DNA of 32,000 bases, taken from the NCBI GenBank assembly GCA_937906345.1, contig CALCXY010000052.1:1-32000 (forward strand), in the 5' to 3' direction. A program made the position numbers and the translations under genes. The notes under the pieces were generated by a model. That model ran no database searches. It worked only from the letters and a program-made list of their open reading frames with translations, and was not told where the DNA came from. This DNA is from Candidatus Woesearchaeota archaeon (GTDB lineage Archaea; Nanobdellota; Nanobdellia; Woesearchaeales; CALCXY01). This document shows, in pieces, positions 17,774 to 26,988 of this stretch; position 1 is the stretch's first letter, and every line of letters begins with the position of its first letter.

Positions 17774-19210
17774 TTATTTTTTTACAATTTTTTTTAGGTG
17801 TTCTTGAGCAGCTTGAATAAATTCTTCTTCTTTATCAACTGGAACAATTGCTCCAGCAGCATGTTTATGTCCTCCAAATTCTCCACCAATACCTTTTAGA
17901 ATTTCTTTCATAATTGTTCTCAAATTAATATCTTCTTTACGTTGTGATGTTCTAAATGAAATTTTACTTTGTTGTTGATCATCTCTTCCCATAATAATAA
18001 TATATTCATATTCCTTAAAATCAGGCGACTTTGATAATATAGAACTAACTGTCCCTATAATTGATGTTCGAATTGCATGTTTTGCATTTATTAAAAGTAA
18101 CTTATCCCCTTTTATGATATCTTCCCCTAATTTATTTTTATAAATAAGATCTAATGATTCCATTAACTCAATTTTATAATTCTTCAAGAGAGTTTGTGCT
18201 TTTTTCTTAGCTTTTTTACTTCCTAAACAAATTCCAATTCCAATAGAAGGCTTATCTAATCTTCCACATGCATTTAAGAGTGTGGAAAATTCTTTGGCAT
18301 TATAAAACAAAGAATCTTTTGCCTCATTAGCAAGCAAATAGGTCTCTCCAAAAACATCTTCTGGATTTTTTTCATTTTCTCGTTTAAGAATGATTCCAGT
18401 TATTAAGGTTCTTTCTTCTTTTGGAGATAATTGTGCAAGTGTTTTCCATCTTCCATTAAGTTTAGGATTTATTCCTAAGTCATGTAAAAACTGGATTGAT
18501 CCAGATTCTGAATTAGTCACACCAGGTATCCTCATATCATTACTTAATTCTAAAGTTTTATGCAATGGCCTAGTTTGACTGCCAAATAATTTAAGACCTT
18601 TTTTAATGATAAGTTTTTTAGATGCAATAGCATCTTTTAAAATAATCTCATTGAGATCTGAAAATCCATTATTTTCTTGAGCATCTCCTATAGCTCCTAT
18701 TAAAGCAAGAAACGCACTATCTTTATTTTTACCATCTAAAGCTTTTGCAACTAAGTAACTCACACCTGCACCAGAGATGCTGGTCCCTCCATCTATGTTA
18801 AAGTGATGAGGATTCACATGATAAATACTATTCTCCTCATTTTCGATATGATGATGATCAATTACAAATATTTTTCTTTTTTCTAAATATTTTTTGATAA
18901 GAGTAATCTGCCCTGATCCAAGATCTAGAAATATATTATAAAAATAATCCTCCTTAGCTAATGTTTTGAGAGTTTCCTCATTAAGCTGAGGAACAATAGA
19001 TAAAGAAAATTTATAACCTTCCCGAGTAAGAGCTTTTATCATAATAGATGCAGCACAAATACCATCTGCATCTAAATGAGTAATAATTCTCACTATTTGC
19101 TTTTTATCTAATTCCTTAAGAGACAGAGCTATCTCACTAATCTTAGCAAGGAATGCATCTATCTTACTCTGTGTAGAGTCTGATACTCTTTGAATCGTAT
19201 TTCCAGTCAA
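17774..19210 (-). CDS. DHH-family phosphoesterase, archaeal RecJ-like
   Basis: THLDADGICAA, VIDHHHIE, ALIGAIGDAQ, GGEFGGHKHAAGAIV. Confidence 0.9.
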   Translation of the reverse strand: MTGNTIQRVSDSTQSKIDAFLAKISEIALSLKELDKKQIVRIITHLDADGICAASIMIKALTREGYKFSLSIVPQLNEETLKTLAKEDYFYNIFLDLGSGQITLIKKYLEKRKIFVIDHHHIENEENSIYHVNPHHFNIDGGTSISGAGVSYLVAKALDGKNKDSAFLALIGAIGDAQENNGFSDLNEIILKDAIASKKLIIKKGLKLFGSQTRPLHKTLELSNDMRIPGVTNSESGSIQFLHDLGINPKLNGRWKTLAQLSPKEERTLITGIILKRENEKNPEDVFGETYLLANEAKDSLFYNAKEFSTLLNACGRLDKPSIGIGICLGSKKAKKKAQTLLKNYKIELMESLDLIYKNKLGEDIIKGDKLLLINAKHAIRTSIIGTVSSILSKSPDFKEYEYIIIMGRDDQQQSKISFRTSQRKEDINLRTIMKEILKGIGGEFGGHKHAAGAIVPVDKEEEFIQAAQEHLKKIVKK

Positions 19211-19631
19211 TAGGAAGTTTTTTGATCTTCTTGTAATACTTTACAAGTCGTTTGATTTTGGATTGAGTTAATTGTAATCCTCGTAAACTAGATTTGTCTT
19301 GTCGATTGCTATTAAAGTGATTTTCTAATCTAACAAGTTTTTTCATTAATGCCATAAGATCCTCTGGCAACTCAGGTGCCATTTTTTTCTCTTGTAAAAT
19401 CCCAAGAATAGTTTTCTTAGTAATGGTTTTTACATCTGGGACTCCATAAGCATCTCGTAAAAGAGTTCCAATTTGTGATGTAGATTTTCCTTCTTTTGCA
19501 AGTTTCACAACTAGTAACTCAATCTCTTTATCTTTATACCGTAACCATAAGGGTTTTGTTTTTAGACTAGGTTTTCTTGAACCTGATTTTCCTCGTGCTC
19601 TTGAATGCATCTTTGCCATTTTAATATACAC
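19164..19631 (-). CDS. rps15: Ribosomal protein uS15 (archaeal/eukaryotic S13e type)
   Basis: MAKMHSRARGKSGSRKP...; KYDSKSIRLYTE; true start likely the internal MAKMHSR. Confidence 0.95.
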   Translation of the reverse strand: MYIKMAKMHSRARGKSGSRKPSLKTKPLWLRYKDKEIELLVVKLAKEGKSTSQIGTLLRDAYGVPDVKTITKKTILGILQEKKMAPELPEDLMALMKKLVRLENHFNSNRQDKSSLRGLQLTQSKIKRLVKYYKKIKKLPIDWKYDSKSIRLYTE

Positions 19632-19818
19632 CTCGTTCTGATTTGAGATTTTGGAGAATTAACTGTTCTCTCCAGCATAACCCAGCATCACCAAGTTACC
19701 TCTCGAATACAATAGGGAAGTGTTTTATCATTTATAAAGCTACTGTTTATGAGGGAAATTAATTAAGGAGTTATAATTTTAACAATAAATTTAAATACCT
19801 TCAATAATATGAAAATAT

Positions 19819-20112
19819 ATGATAAATCTTATAACATTTTTTATTGTGTTTATACTACTTTTTTTGGTAACTTTCTTCATTTATTTTAAAAAATCAAAAG
19901 AACTCATTCTGTACCATCATCATTCATTAATTGTGGATATCATAGCATGTTTGGCTGGAATATTAATTATTTATTTTGGATATTTTTTCTCTGAGTTATC
20001 TAATCCTAATATGTTAATTATCTGGATTCAAATTATAATAGGAATTGGTCTTTTTAACATCCATTTAGTTCGATATATAATTCGAATAATGATTCCCCAA
20101 AAAAAGATCTAA
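19819..20112 (+). CDS. Small hydrophobic membrane protein
   Basis: 97-aa ORF with three predicted TM segments. Confidence 0.5.
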   Translation: MINLITFFIVFILLFLVTFFIYFKKSKELILYHHHSLIVDIIACLAGILIIYFGYFFSELSNPNMLIIWIQIIIGIGLFNIHLVRYIIRIMIPQKKI

Positions 20113-20584
20113 CCCTCCATTTTTAATTTCTTTTTTCTAAAATAAGTTATGGCTACATAGAGTAAAAAATAAATCAAAAAAGCCATTATCAGAGCAATAA
20201 TGAAACCTCCAATATAAATCTGTTTGGCAATGTATTTAATGTCGTGAGATGTAATCGGAAGAGTAACTCCTACATTATTGCCAACTATAAAACTTCCCAA
20301 TTTATAATGCAAAAAGTATATAAAAGAACTATTTAAGGGGTTTACTAAAAGTGTACCTAAATAAGTTGATACCAAATTAAGCTTTTTTTCCAGGCTATGA
20401 ACAAAGATAAAAACATTCCAATACTAAAAGTAGGAATTATTGAAAAAAATGCACCAATCGCAACTCCTTGAGCAATTTGGTGAGGGGATGTATTTGACGT
20501 GAATATGAGTAAAATAATATCCTTAAGTGTATGTTTTTTGAAATAATTTTTTAAATGCTTATATTTTTTAATTAATGTTTTCAT
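20109..20584 (-). pseudogene. DUF2062-family membrane protein split into two frames (20357-20584 and 20109-20375)
   Basis: First ORF SPHQIAQGVAIGAFFSIIPTFSIGM; second ORF STYLGTLLVNPLNSSFIYFLHYKLG; the frames join at a homopolymer (AAAAAAA on the coding strand, 20384-20390). Confidence 0.75.
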
Positions 20585-20688
20585 ATAAAATTTATTTACT
20601 TTTTCCTTTTATAAATGTGATATATAATTCATAAATTTTTAAAGAAAGAACCAAAAATCATATATAGAATACTCTATTCTCGATATCT

Positions 20689-21246
20689 ATGGCAGTCCTA
20701 TCAGACAGAGATATTAAAGCATCTATCAACTCAGGAAAACTTAAAATCCAGCCGTATCATGAAGATGCAGTAGGGCCATGTTCTTTAGACCTTTCCTTAG
20801 GAACAAGTTTTAGAATATTCAAAAACTCAGATCATACACATATTGATCCAAAGGAAGGCATCCCCGATGATATTATGGAATTAACAACTAAAGAAACAGA
20901 ACCTTTTATAATCCATCCAGGAGAATTTGTATTAGCTTCAACAATGGAAAAAGTTACCATTCCTAATAATCTAATTGCACGATTAGAAGGAAGATCTTCT
21001 TGGGGAAGATTAGGCATTGTTATACATTCAACTGCTGGAAAAATAGATCCAGGATTTGAAGGAAACATAACTCTAGAAGTAGCAAACCTTTCTAATCTTC
21101 CAGTCTCACTCCATCCTGGAACAAAGATAGCACAACTTACTTTTGAAACACTCTTAAGCCCTTCTGAAAAACCTTACAATAAGTATGAAAAAGCTAAATA
21201 CATGCACGAAAAAGAACCAAGTGTGAGTAGGATTAGTAAAGAATAA
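20689..21246 (+). CDS. dcd: dCTP deaminase (possibly bifunctional dCTP deaminase/dUTPase)
   Basis: CSLDLSLG, GRSSWGRLGIVIHSTAGKIDPGFEGNITLE, GTKIAQLTFE. Confidence 0.93.
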   Translation: MAVLSDRDIKASINSGKLKIQPYHEDAVGPCSLDLSLGTSFRIFKNSDHTHIDPKEGIPDDIMELTTKETEPFIIHPGEFVLASTMEKVTIPNNLIARLEGRSSWGRLGIVIHSTAGKIDPGFEGNITLEVANLSNLPVSLHPGTKIAQLTFETLLSPSEKPYNKYEKAKYMHEKEPSVSRISKE

Positions 21247-21251
21247 AAAAA

Positions 21252-21348
21252 TAGCCCCGAGCGGATTCGAACCGCTGTCCATGCCTCCAAAGGGCACGAT
21301 GATTGACCACTACACTCCGCAGACCTTAATTAGATCTTCTACGGGGCT
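21252..21348 (-). tRNA. tRNA-Gln(TTG) with an approximately 24-nt insertion between acceptor stem and D arm
   Basis: Acceptor AGCCCCG/CGGGGCT plus discriminator A; anticodon arm GTGCC-CTTTGGA-GGCAT; T arm AGCGG-TTCGAAT-CCGCT; D arm GTGTAGTGGTCAATCAT preceded by 26 nt instead of 2. Confidence 0.85.
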
Positions 21349-21378
21349 ATTACTCGAATCCGCCTAATAGGCTAAAAA

Positions 21379-22110
21379 TTAGAATAGATCGTTTGTATAT
21401 AAATTTAATGCTTCTATCCTAGATTTTAAAGATGATTTTGGAATATAATATCCAAATTTATCCCAAAAAAGATATTTAGAAAAATGTACAGGGTTTTTTG
21501 GAGATATTAATTCCATCCATTTTTCAAGATTTTCAGTACCTGATAATTGATATATGAGAAGAACAAATTTTCTACCTTGACTCCATTTTCCATAATTAAA
21601 ACCTAATTTTTCAAATAAATATTTTAATTGATTTGAAAATGTTGAAGGAGTGAAACCTAATTCTAATCTTGGATAATAATTATATGATTTAGATTGTTTA
21701 GAAAATTTTAAACATCCATCTGTATCAAATAAACCTCTAAGGAAAGGAGGGTATAACTTTTTATTTTTCAAGATAAATAAAGGAATTTTCGCATTTTTTT
21801 TGTTCCCTCTTATTAAACCAATTTCATTTATTAAGAAATCAATAATGGGTTTAGAATAAAAATAAATGTAATAAGCATTCCGATCTTTTCTTTTTTTTAA
21901 TTTAGGTATAATATTAAACAGTTCAACAATCAAAGGAATAACATGATACTTATAATAATAAATATCTTCCAAACTTCCTACGATTGTAACTCTATTATAT
22001 TCTAAATGTATATTTCCATCTCCTAAAACAATTCCAATAAATTCAACCAACTTTGCACTTTTAGGAGGAATTCTGATTTTTTTTAAATTTCCTTTATTAT
22101 ATTTTTTCAT
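21379..22110 (-). CDS. LAGLIDADG homing-endonuclease-like protein
   Basis: FIGIVLGDGNIHL and LRGLFDTDGCLKF motifs; same strand as, and 30 nt upstream of, tRNA-Gln. Confidence 0.9.
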   Translation of the reverse strand: MKKYNKGNLKKIRIPPKSAKLVEFIGIVLGDGNIHLEYNRVTIVGSLEDIYYYKYHVIPLIVELFNIIPKLKKRKDRNAYYIYFYSKPIIDFLINEIGLIRGNKKNAKIPLFILKNKKLYPPFLRGLFDTDGCLKFSKQSKSYNYYPRLELGFTPSTFSNQLKYLFEKLGFNYGKWSQGRKFVLLIYQLSGTENLEKWMELISPKNPVHFSKYLFWDKFGYYIPKSSLKSRIEALNLYTNDLF

Positions 22111-22293
22111 TTTAAATCACATTTTATCTACTATTAAATTATCTAATTGATTTTTAAGTTCTACTATGACTTGTCTAGTGGAAGTGGAAAGATTTTCGAG
22201 AATGAGTCTCTATTATCGGAAAGATTTCGAAAATAATTCTTTAATAATTGAATTTCTTTAAAGATTTAAAATTTAGAAAAAATTAAATGAAAT

Positions 22294-23022
22294 TTATTTA
22301 AACATCTCCAACGCTTCTTCTTCCATAAAATGTACCTTCCCAGGTATAATTAAACAGTAAGGTGCTTTTCCAAACTCCTCTTTAACTAATTCAGAAGCTT
22401 TTCCACTTTTTACAAAATAATCCTTAGAACCTAATCGTGCACATCCAACACAAATCTGATTTTTAGCTAAACCCTTAGCCATGAGATACTCTAGTGCATC
22501 CCCAATACTCAAAAACTTTCCAGATAAAGGTTCTAAATCAAGTAAAAACAAAGTATGCAATCCCATTTTTTGATTCTGTTTTAAAACATTAATAGGCTCC
22601 TCAACATTACTATTATCAAAAGGAATTGAAGTAACTTTTCCAAATTTATAAAGTTGCAAACCAGTAACTCCAACAGCTGTTAATACAGACGCATTATTAA
22701 TAACCAAAACCTTTACACCTTTTTTACTAGCTTCACTAAGATACGTATGATGTGTAGTAGCTGAAAAAATATCTCCTACAATTAACAAAGCAACATCTTT
22801 TTTCTTAGCCTCATCTAAAATCCTCTCCTGCCCATTTTCAATCATATCCCTTCCAGCCTGAGTAATTTTCTTACCATAAAACTTCTCCAACTTCGCAACA
22901 GAAACAGAAAGCAAAGAAGTATAACTCTCCAAATACACTTTTTTACATTTCTTAACTGCTTCTAAACCCTTAACAGTTATATCTTTCTCATCTGATAATC
23001 CTATTCCTATTATGTATAGCAT
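22294..23022 (-). CDS. dphB: Diphthine synthase (archaeal Dph5/DphB)
   Basis: MLYIIGIGLSDEKDITVKGLEAVKKCKKVYLESYTS...VVG/IVGDIFSATTHHTYL; start moved to internal Met of ORF 22294..23082. Confidence 0.93.
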   Translation of the reverse strand: MLYIIGIGLSDEKDITVKGLEAVKKCKKVYLESYTSLLSVSVAKLEKFYGKKITQAGRDMIENGQERILDEAKKKDVALLIVGDIFSATTHHTYLSEASKKGVKVLVINNASVLTAVGVTGLQLYKFGKVTSIPFDNSNVEEPINVLKQNQKMGLHTLFLLDLEPLSGKFLSIGDALEYLMAKGLAKNQICVGCARLGSKDYFVKSGKASELVKEEFGKAPYCLIIPGKVHFMEEEALEMFK

Positions 23023-23100
23023 AATTATTCTAGTTATCTGTGCATTTTTAAAACTTCCTACACCAATAATTATATAAAACAAAGATTCTATAATAAAGCA

Positions 23101-23475
23101 ATGAAAAAAAAGATCATTATCATAATAATCATAGTCATTCTTATTTTTTTAGGTTTTAAGCTTTATATCAAATATCAATCATCTACTAATCTTTGCTTCG
23201 AAGCCATGTGGGTAGGAGAGCATATGGAAACTGGTGAATGCAAAGCCTTTTCAGCTATTTGTCCAAGGGCTCCAAGTCAAAAGAATTATGTTAAAGGAAG
23301 TGAAAAATGTGGATTTATAAAGGCAATGGCAATACTTCAAAACACTACTCTAATTACCCAATTGTGTGATAATCTTAATGAAGAAACTAAACCTAAAGTA
23401 TTTTCACATTATAACATTAATTCTTGTGAAGAAATAGAAAAAATCCATAAAAACATGAAAGAAGTTAAATCTTAA
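23101..23475 (+). CDS. Short membrane-anchored Cys-containing protein, unknown function
   Basis: N-terminal TM segment (KKKIIIIIIIVILIFLGF), five or more Cys in the remainder. Confidence 0.55.
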   Translation: MKKKIIIIIIIVILIFLGFKLYIKYQSSTNLCFEAMWVGEHMETGECKAFSAICPRAPSQKNYVKGSEKCGFIKAMAILQNTTLITQLCDNLNEETKPKVFSHYNINSCEEIEKIHKNMKEVKS

Positions 23476-23995
23476 TCTTATCCAAAACCATCTCCACAAC
23501 TTTGATAGCTGGAATAGTTGTAGTATCAATCCATAAATCATAATTATTCTTATCTTTATAATCAATTCCATACAGTTTCTTATAACGAAACTCATCACTT
23601 TTCTTCCTTTCTTTAATCTTTTCAACTCCATAGGCAATATCTTTATACTTTTCATGCTCTCTAGCTTGCAAAGAGATTCTTTTAGCACCTTCATCAACTG
23701 TAACATCTAAAAAAACCTTAAAACTGTTTGGAATAAAATGAAACGCAGTCCTACCAACTGCAACCACATTATCCTCTTCTTTACCAATTTTAACAAGTTT
23801 ATCATCAACAATTTTATCTGTTTCTCCATTCTCTTCATCTTGTTTATTCAACTCAGCTAAACTTATCCCTCGTTCTTCAGCAATTTTACGACGAATATCT
23901 CCCATAACATAATATTTAAAACCTAATTTCTTAGCCAATAATTCAGCAACTGTATTCTTTCCAGAGCCTGGATTCCCACTTATGGTTATTATCAT
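23465..23995 (-). CDS. cmk: Cytidylate kinase (archaeal CMK family)
   Basis: MIITISGNPGSGKNTVAELLAKKLGFKYYVMGDIRRKIAEERG; start corrected from 24046 to 23995. Confidence 0.9.
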   Translation of the reverse strand: MIITISGNPGSGKNTVAELLAKKLGFKYYVMGDIRRKIAEERGISLAELNKQDEENGETDKIVDDKLVKIGKEEDNVVAVGRTAFHFIPNSFKVFLDVTVDEGAKRISLQAREHEKYKDIAYGVEKIKERKKSDEFRYKKLYGIDYKDKNNYDLWIDTTTIPAIKVVEMVLDKIKI

Positions 23996-24047
23996 AAAAA
24001 AAACCAGAGCAACAATATTTATAAACCTATTGTTACACAAACCCAAT

Positions 24048-24650
24048 ATGAAAAAGTGGGGCCATGATGATAAAATATTGCAATTTATCTTTCTCTATAT
24101 TATTTTTTTTGGCTGGCTATCTTTAATTAAAGATAATACTGAATTTTTTTATTATAGCATAGTAGCTTTATTAGCATTAGTTGTTCTTTTTTTCCTTCAT
24201 AAACGTGTAAGATTTCCTTTATTACTTCTTGTTTCATTAGCACTATGGGGTGCACTCCATTTTATAGGAGGATTAGTCCATATAGAAGGAGTGGTAATAT
24301 ATGAATTAACTTGGTTTGGTTTAGGATATGATAATTATATTCATTTAGTCTCCTCATTTATTGTAACAATCATTGCATATTCATTATTAGAACCTGGTTT
24401 AAATAAAAAAATTAAAGGGAGAAAAATCTATTTAGGAATATTATTAGGATTAATAGGTTTTGGAGTTGCAGCAGTTGGTGAAATTGTAGAGTTAGCAGGA
24501 GTTATTTTTTTAGGCAATGCAGGTGTAGGAGATTATCTTAATAACGCAATTGATCTAGTTTTTAATGGATTAGGAGCTACATTAGCAAGTATTTTAATAG
24601 TTCGCCATCATCATAAGAAAGATTTAATAAAGGTTAAGTCTAAGAAATAA
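24048..24650 (+). CDS. Integral membrane protein, DUF2238/YjdF-like
   Basis: GLGYDNYIHLVSSFIV...GEIVELAG...GDYLNNAIDLVFNGLGA; start corrected from 23982. Confidence 0.65.
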   Translation: MKKWGHDDKILQFIFLYIIFFGWLSLIKDNTEFFYYSIVALLALVVLFFLHKRVRFPLLLLVSLALWGALHFIGGLVHIEGVVIYELTWFGLGYDNYIHLVSSFIVTIIAYSLLEPGLNKKIKGRKIYLGILLGLIGFGVAAVGEIVELAGVIFLGNAGVGDYLNNAIDLVFNGLGATLASILIVRHHHKKDLIKVKSKK

Positions 24651-24652
24651 CC

Positions 24653-25276
24653 ATGGAAATTAAAATAAATATTAAAAAGCAGCATCTCATCTATCTTTGT
24701 ATAATCATAGCAATCTCATTAGGATTAGTTGCGTATGCCAATTCAGGAGATCAATCTCATTCAGTAGATGAGATTTTATTTGATAATTCAATTCCTCAAT
24801 TAACAATCTCTGGAGATTTAACAGTAGGAGGCACAATTAGTGCAGGAGGATTCTCTATTGCTTCTTTAGCTATGCCTTCTGGAGCTGTTATGGCCTTTGA
24901 TGCAGAATCTTGCCCTGCAGATTGGAGTGAATTTACCTTAGCTAATGGAAGAGTTATTGTAGGTCAACTTGAAAATGATGCAGATTTTGGAGGAATTGAA
25001 CAAATTGGTGGAGAAAGATCACAAAGGTTAACTACCAATCAGATTCCTTCACATTCACATACCCTTACTGATATTGGTCATGCTCATTTAACTCAAATTG
25101 TAGTATCTCAATCAGGTTTTACAGGAGGTTCTCAATCATTCGGAAATGGACTTGGTGGTGGTGGTCAACCAACAACAAATGTAGTATCTGGTATATCTAT
25201 AGCTAATGCAGGTGGTTCTCAAGCTCACAACAACCTCCAACCATACATAGTTCTCAAATATTGTAAAAAAAACTAA
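24653..25276 (+). CDS. Membrane-anchored/secreted protein with phage tail-collar-like domain
   Basis: N-terminal hydrophobic anchor; MPSGAVMAFDAESCPADWSEF...GGERSQRLTTNQIPSHSHT...GGSQAHNNLQPYIVLKYCKK. Confidence 0.82.
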   Translation: MEIKINIKKQHLIYLCIIIAISLGLVAYANSGDQSHSVDEILFDNSIPQLTISGDLTVGGTISAGGFSIASLAMPSGAVMAFDAESCPADWSEFTLANGRVIVGQLENDADFGGIEQIGGERSQRLTTNQIPSHSHTLTDIGHAHLTQIVVSQSGFTGGSQSFGNGLGGGGQPTTNVVSGISIANAGGSQAHNNLQPYIVLKYCKKN

Positions 25277-25328
25277 CCTAAACTACCAAAAAGTTTATAA
25301 ATGCCCTAAAATTCCCCTATAGTAGATT

Positions 25329-26984
25329 GTGGGGGATTCTTATAAAATGACTAAAGATATACAACCAGTTTTTATTTTACCTGAAGGTTCTACTAGAACT
25401 CAAGGAAAAAACGCTCAAAAAGCAAACATTCTAGCAGCGAAAGCTGTTGCTGATACTGTTAGAACCACCTTAGGCCCAAAAGGAATGGATAAAATGATTG
25501 TTGATGCTGTGGGAGATATCACTGTTACAAATGATGGAGTTACAATTCTAGAAGAAATGAATATTGAACAACCCTCTGCTAAAATGATTGTTGAAGTTGC
25601 TAAAACACAAGAAAATGAAGTTGGTGATGGAACCACTACTGCTGTTGTATTAGCAGGTGAATTATTAAAAAACGCTGAAGATTTATTAGATAAAGATGTG
25701 CATCCTACTGTTTTAGCTAAAGGATATAGAATGGCTGATGAAAAAGCACAAGAAATTCTTAATACAATAGCTGTTGATATTAAAGATTCTGATAAAGATA
25801 TTTTAAAAAATATTTCAATGACTGCAATGACTGGAAAAGGTGCTGAAACTGCTAAAGAACACTTAGCTGATATAACTGTAAAAGCTGTTTCCTTTGTTGC
25901 TGATAAATCAACAGATGGTATCTCTGTAAACAAAGATGATATTAGAATAGAAAAAAAAGTAGGCGGTTCAATCTTTAATACTGAACTAGTAGAAGGCATT
26001 GTTTTAGATAAAGAACGTGTGCATCCACAAATGGCAAAATCCATTGAAAGCGCTAAAATTGCATTAATTGATTCTGCAATTGAAATTAAAAATCCTGAAA
26101 CTGATGCAAAAATTCAAATAACAGATCCTAATCAATTATCAGGTTTTATTGAACAAGAAGAAAAAATATTAACTAAAATGGTTGATATCATTAAAAAATC
26201 TGGTGCTAATGTAGTATTATGTCAAAAAGGTATTGATGATATAGCACAACATTTTCTTGCAAAAGCAGGAATTTATGCATGTAGAAGAGTTAAAAAATCC
26301 GACATGGAAGCATTAGCTAGAGCAACTAGTGCCTCAATTGTTACTAATCTTGATGATCTTAATGAAAAACATTTAGGAAAAGCAGGCCAAGTTGAAGAAG
26401 TAAAAGTTGGCGATGAAGAAATGACCTATGTAAAAGGTTGTAAAAACCCTAAAGCTGTTACTATTTTAATCCGTGGTGGAACAGAGCATGTTGTTGATGA
26501 AGTAAAAAGAGCTATGGACGACTCTATGGGAGATGTTGTTTCTGCATTAAAAATTGGAAAAGTAGTTGCAGGCGCAGGATCTGTAGAAATTGAATTAGCA
26601 AAAGAATTAAGAAAATTCGCAGATTCATTATCAGGAAGAGAACAATTAGCAGTTCAAGCATTTGCTAATGCTATTGAAATTATTCCAAGAACATTAGCTG
26701 AAAATGCAGGTTTAGATCCTATTGATATTACAACTGAATTAAAAGCAGCTCATGATAAAAAGCAAATTTGGGCTGGAGTAGATGTTTTCTCTGGTAAAGT
26801 AGTTGATGCATGGAAAGCAGGAGTTATTGAACCATTAAAAATTAAAACTCAAGCAGTATCATCTGCAGCTGAAGTTGCTGAAATGATTTTAAGAATAGAT
26901 GATGTTATAGCAGGTTCTGGCTCTGGTGCTGCTCCTGAACCTATGGGTGGAATGCCCCAAATGCCTCCTGGTATGGGTATGTAA
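25329..26984 (+). CDS. ths: Thermosome (group II chaperonin) subunit
   Basis: NILAAKAVADTVRTTLGPKGMDKMIVD...DGTTTAVVLAGELL...C-terminal GMGGMPQMPPGMGM-like tail. Confidence 0.98.
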   Translation: MGDSYKMTKDIQPVFILPEGSTRTQGKNAQKANILAAKAVADTVRTTLGPKGMDKMIVDAVGDITVTNDGVTILEEMNIEQPSAKMIVEVAKTQENEVGDGTTTAVVLAGELLKNAEDLLDKDVHPTVLAKGYRMADEKAQEILNTIAVDIKDSDKDILKNISMTAMTGKGAETAKEHLADITVKAVSFVADKSTDGISVNKDDIRIEKKVGGSIFNTELVEGIVLDKERVHPQMAKSIESAKIALIDSAIEIKNPETDAKIQITDPNQLSGFIEQEEKILTKMVDIIKKSGANVVLCQKGIDDIAQHFLAKAGIYACRRVKKSDMEALARATSASIVTNLDDLNEKHLGKAGQVEEVKVGDEEMTYVKGCKNPKAVTILIRGGTEHVVDEVKRAMDDSMGDVVSALKIGKVVAGAGSVEIELAKELRKFADSLSGREQLAVQAFANAIEIIPRTLAENAGLDPIDITTELKAAHDKKQIWAGVDVFSGKVVDAWKAGVIEPLKIKTQAVSSAAEVAEMILRIDDVIAGSGSGAAPEPMGGMPQMPPGMGM

Positions 26985-26988
26985 ACTT

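Noticed and set aside
18390-18578. Plus-strand 62-aa ORF
   Set aside because: Antisense to the DHH phosphoesterase gene.
19640-19800. Possible small structured RNA or C/D-box-like sequence (TGATG on the minus strand) between uS15 and the 97-aa ORF
   Set aside because: No convincing C/D pairing or complete structure by eye.
20832-21068. Minus-strand 78-aa ORF
   Set aside because: Antisense to dcd.
21379-22110. LAGLIDADG ORF as an open reading frame inside an intron of tRNA-Gln
   Set aside because: The complete tRNA, including the 5' AGCCCCG strand, lies downstream of the ORF, and no second 5' half was found upstream, so the ORF is adjacent to, not inside, the tRNA gene.
23404-23706. Minus-strand 100-aa ORF
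   Set aside because: Overlaps cmk in another frame; low-complexity translation.
25415-26044. Minus-strand 209-aa ORF
   Set aside because: Long but antisense to the highly conserved thermosome gene; a typical shadow ORF.
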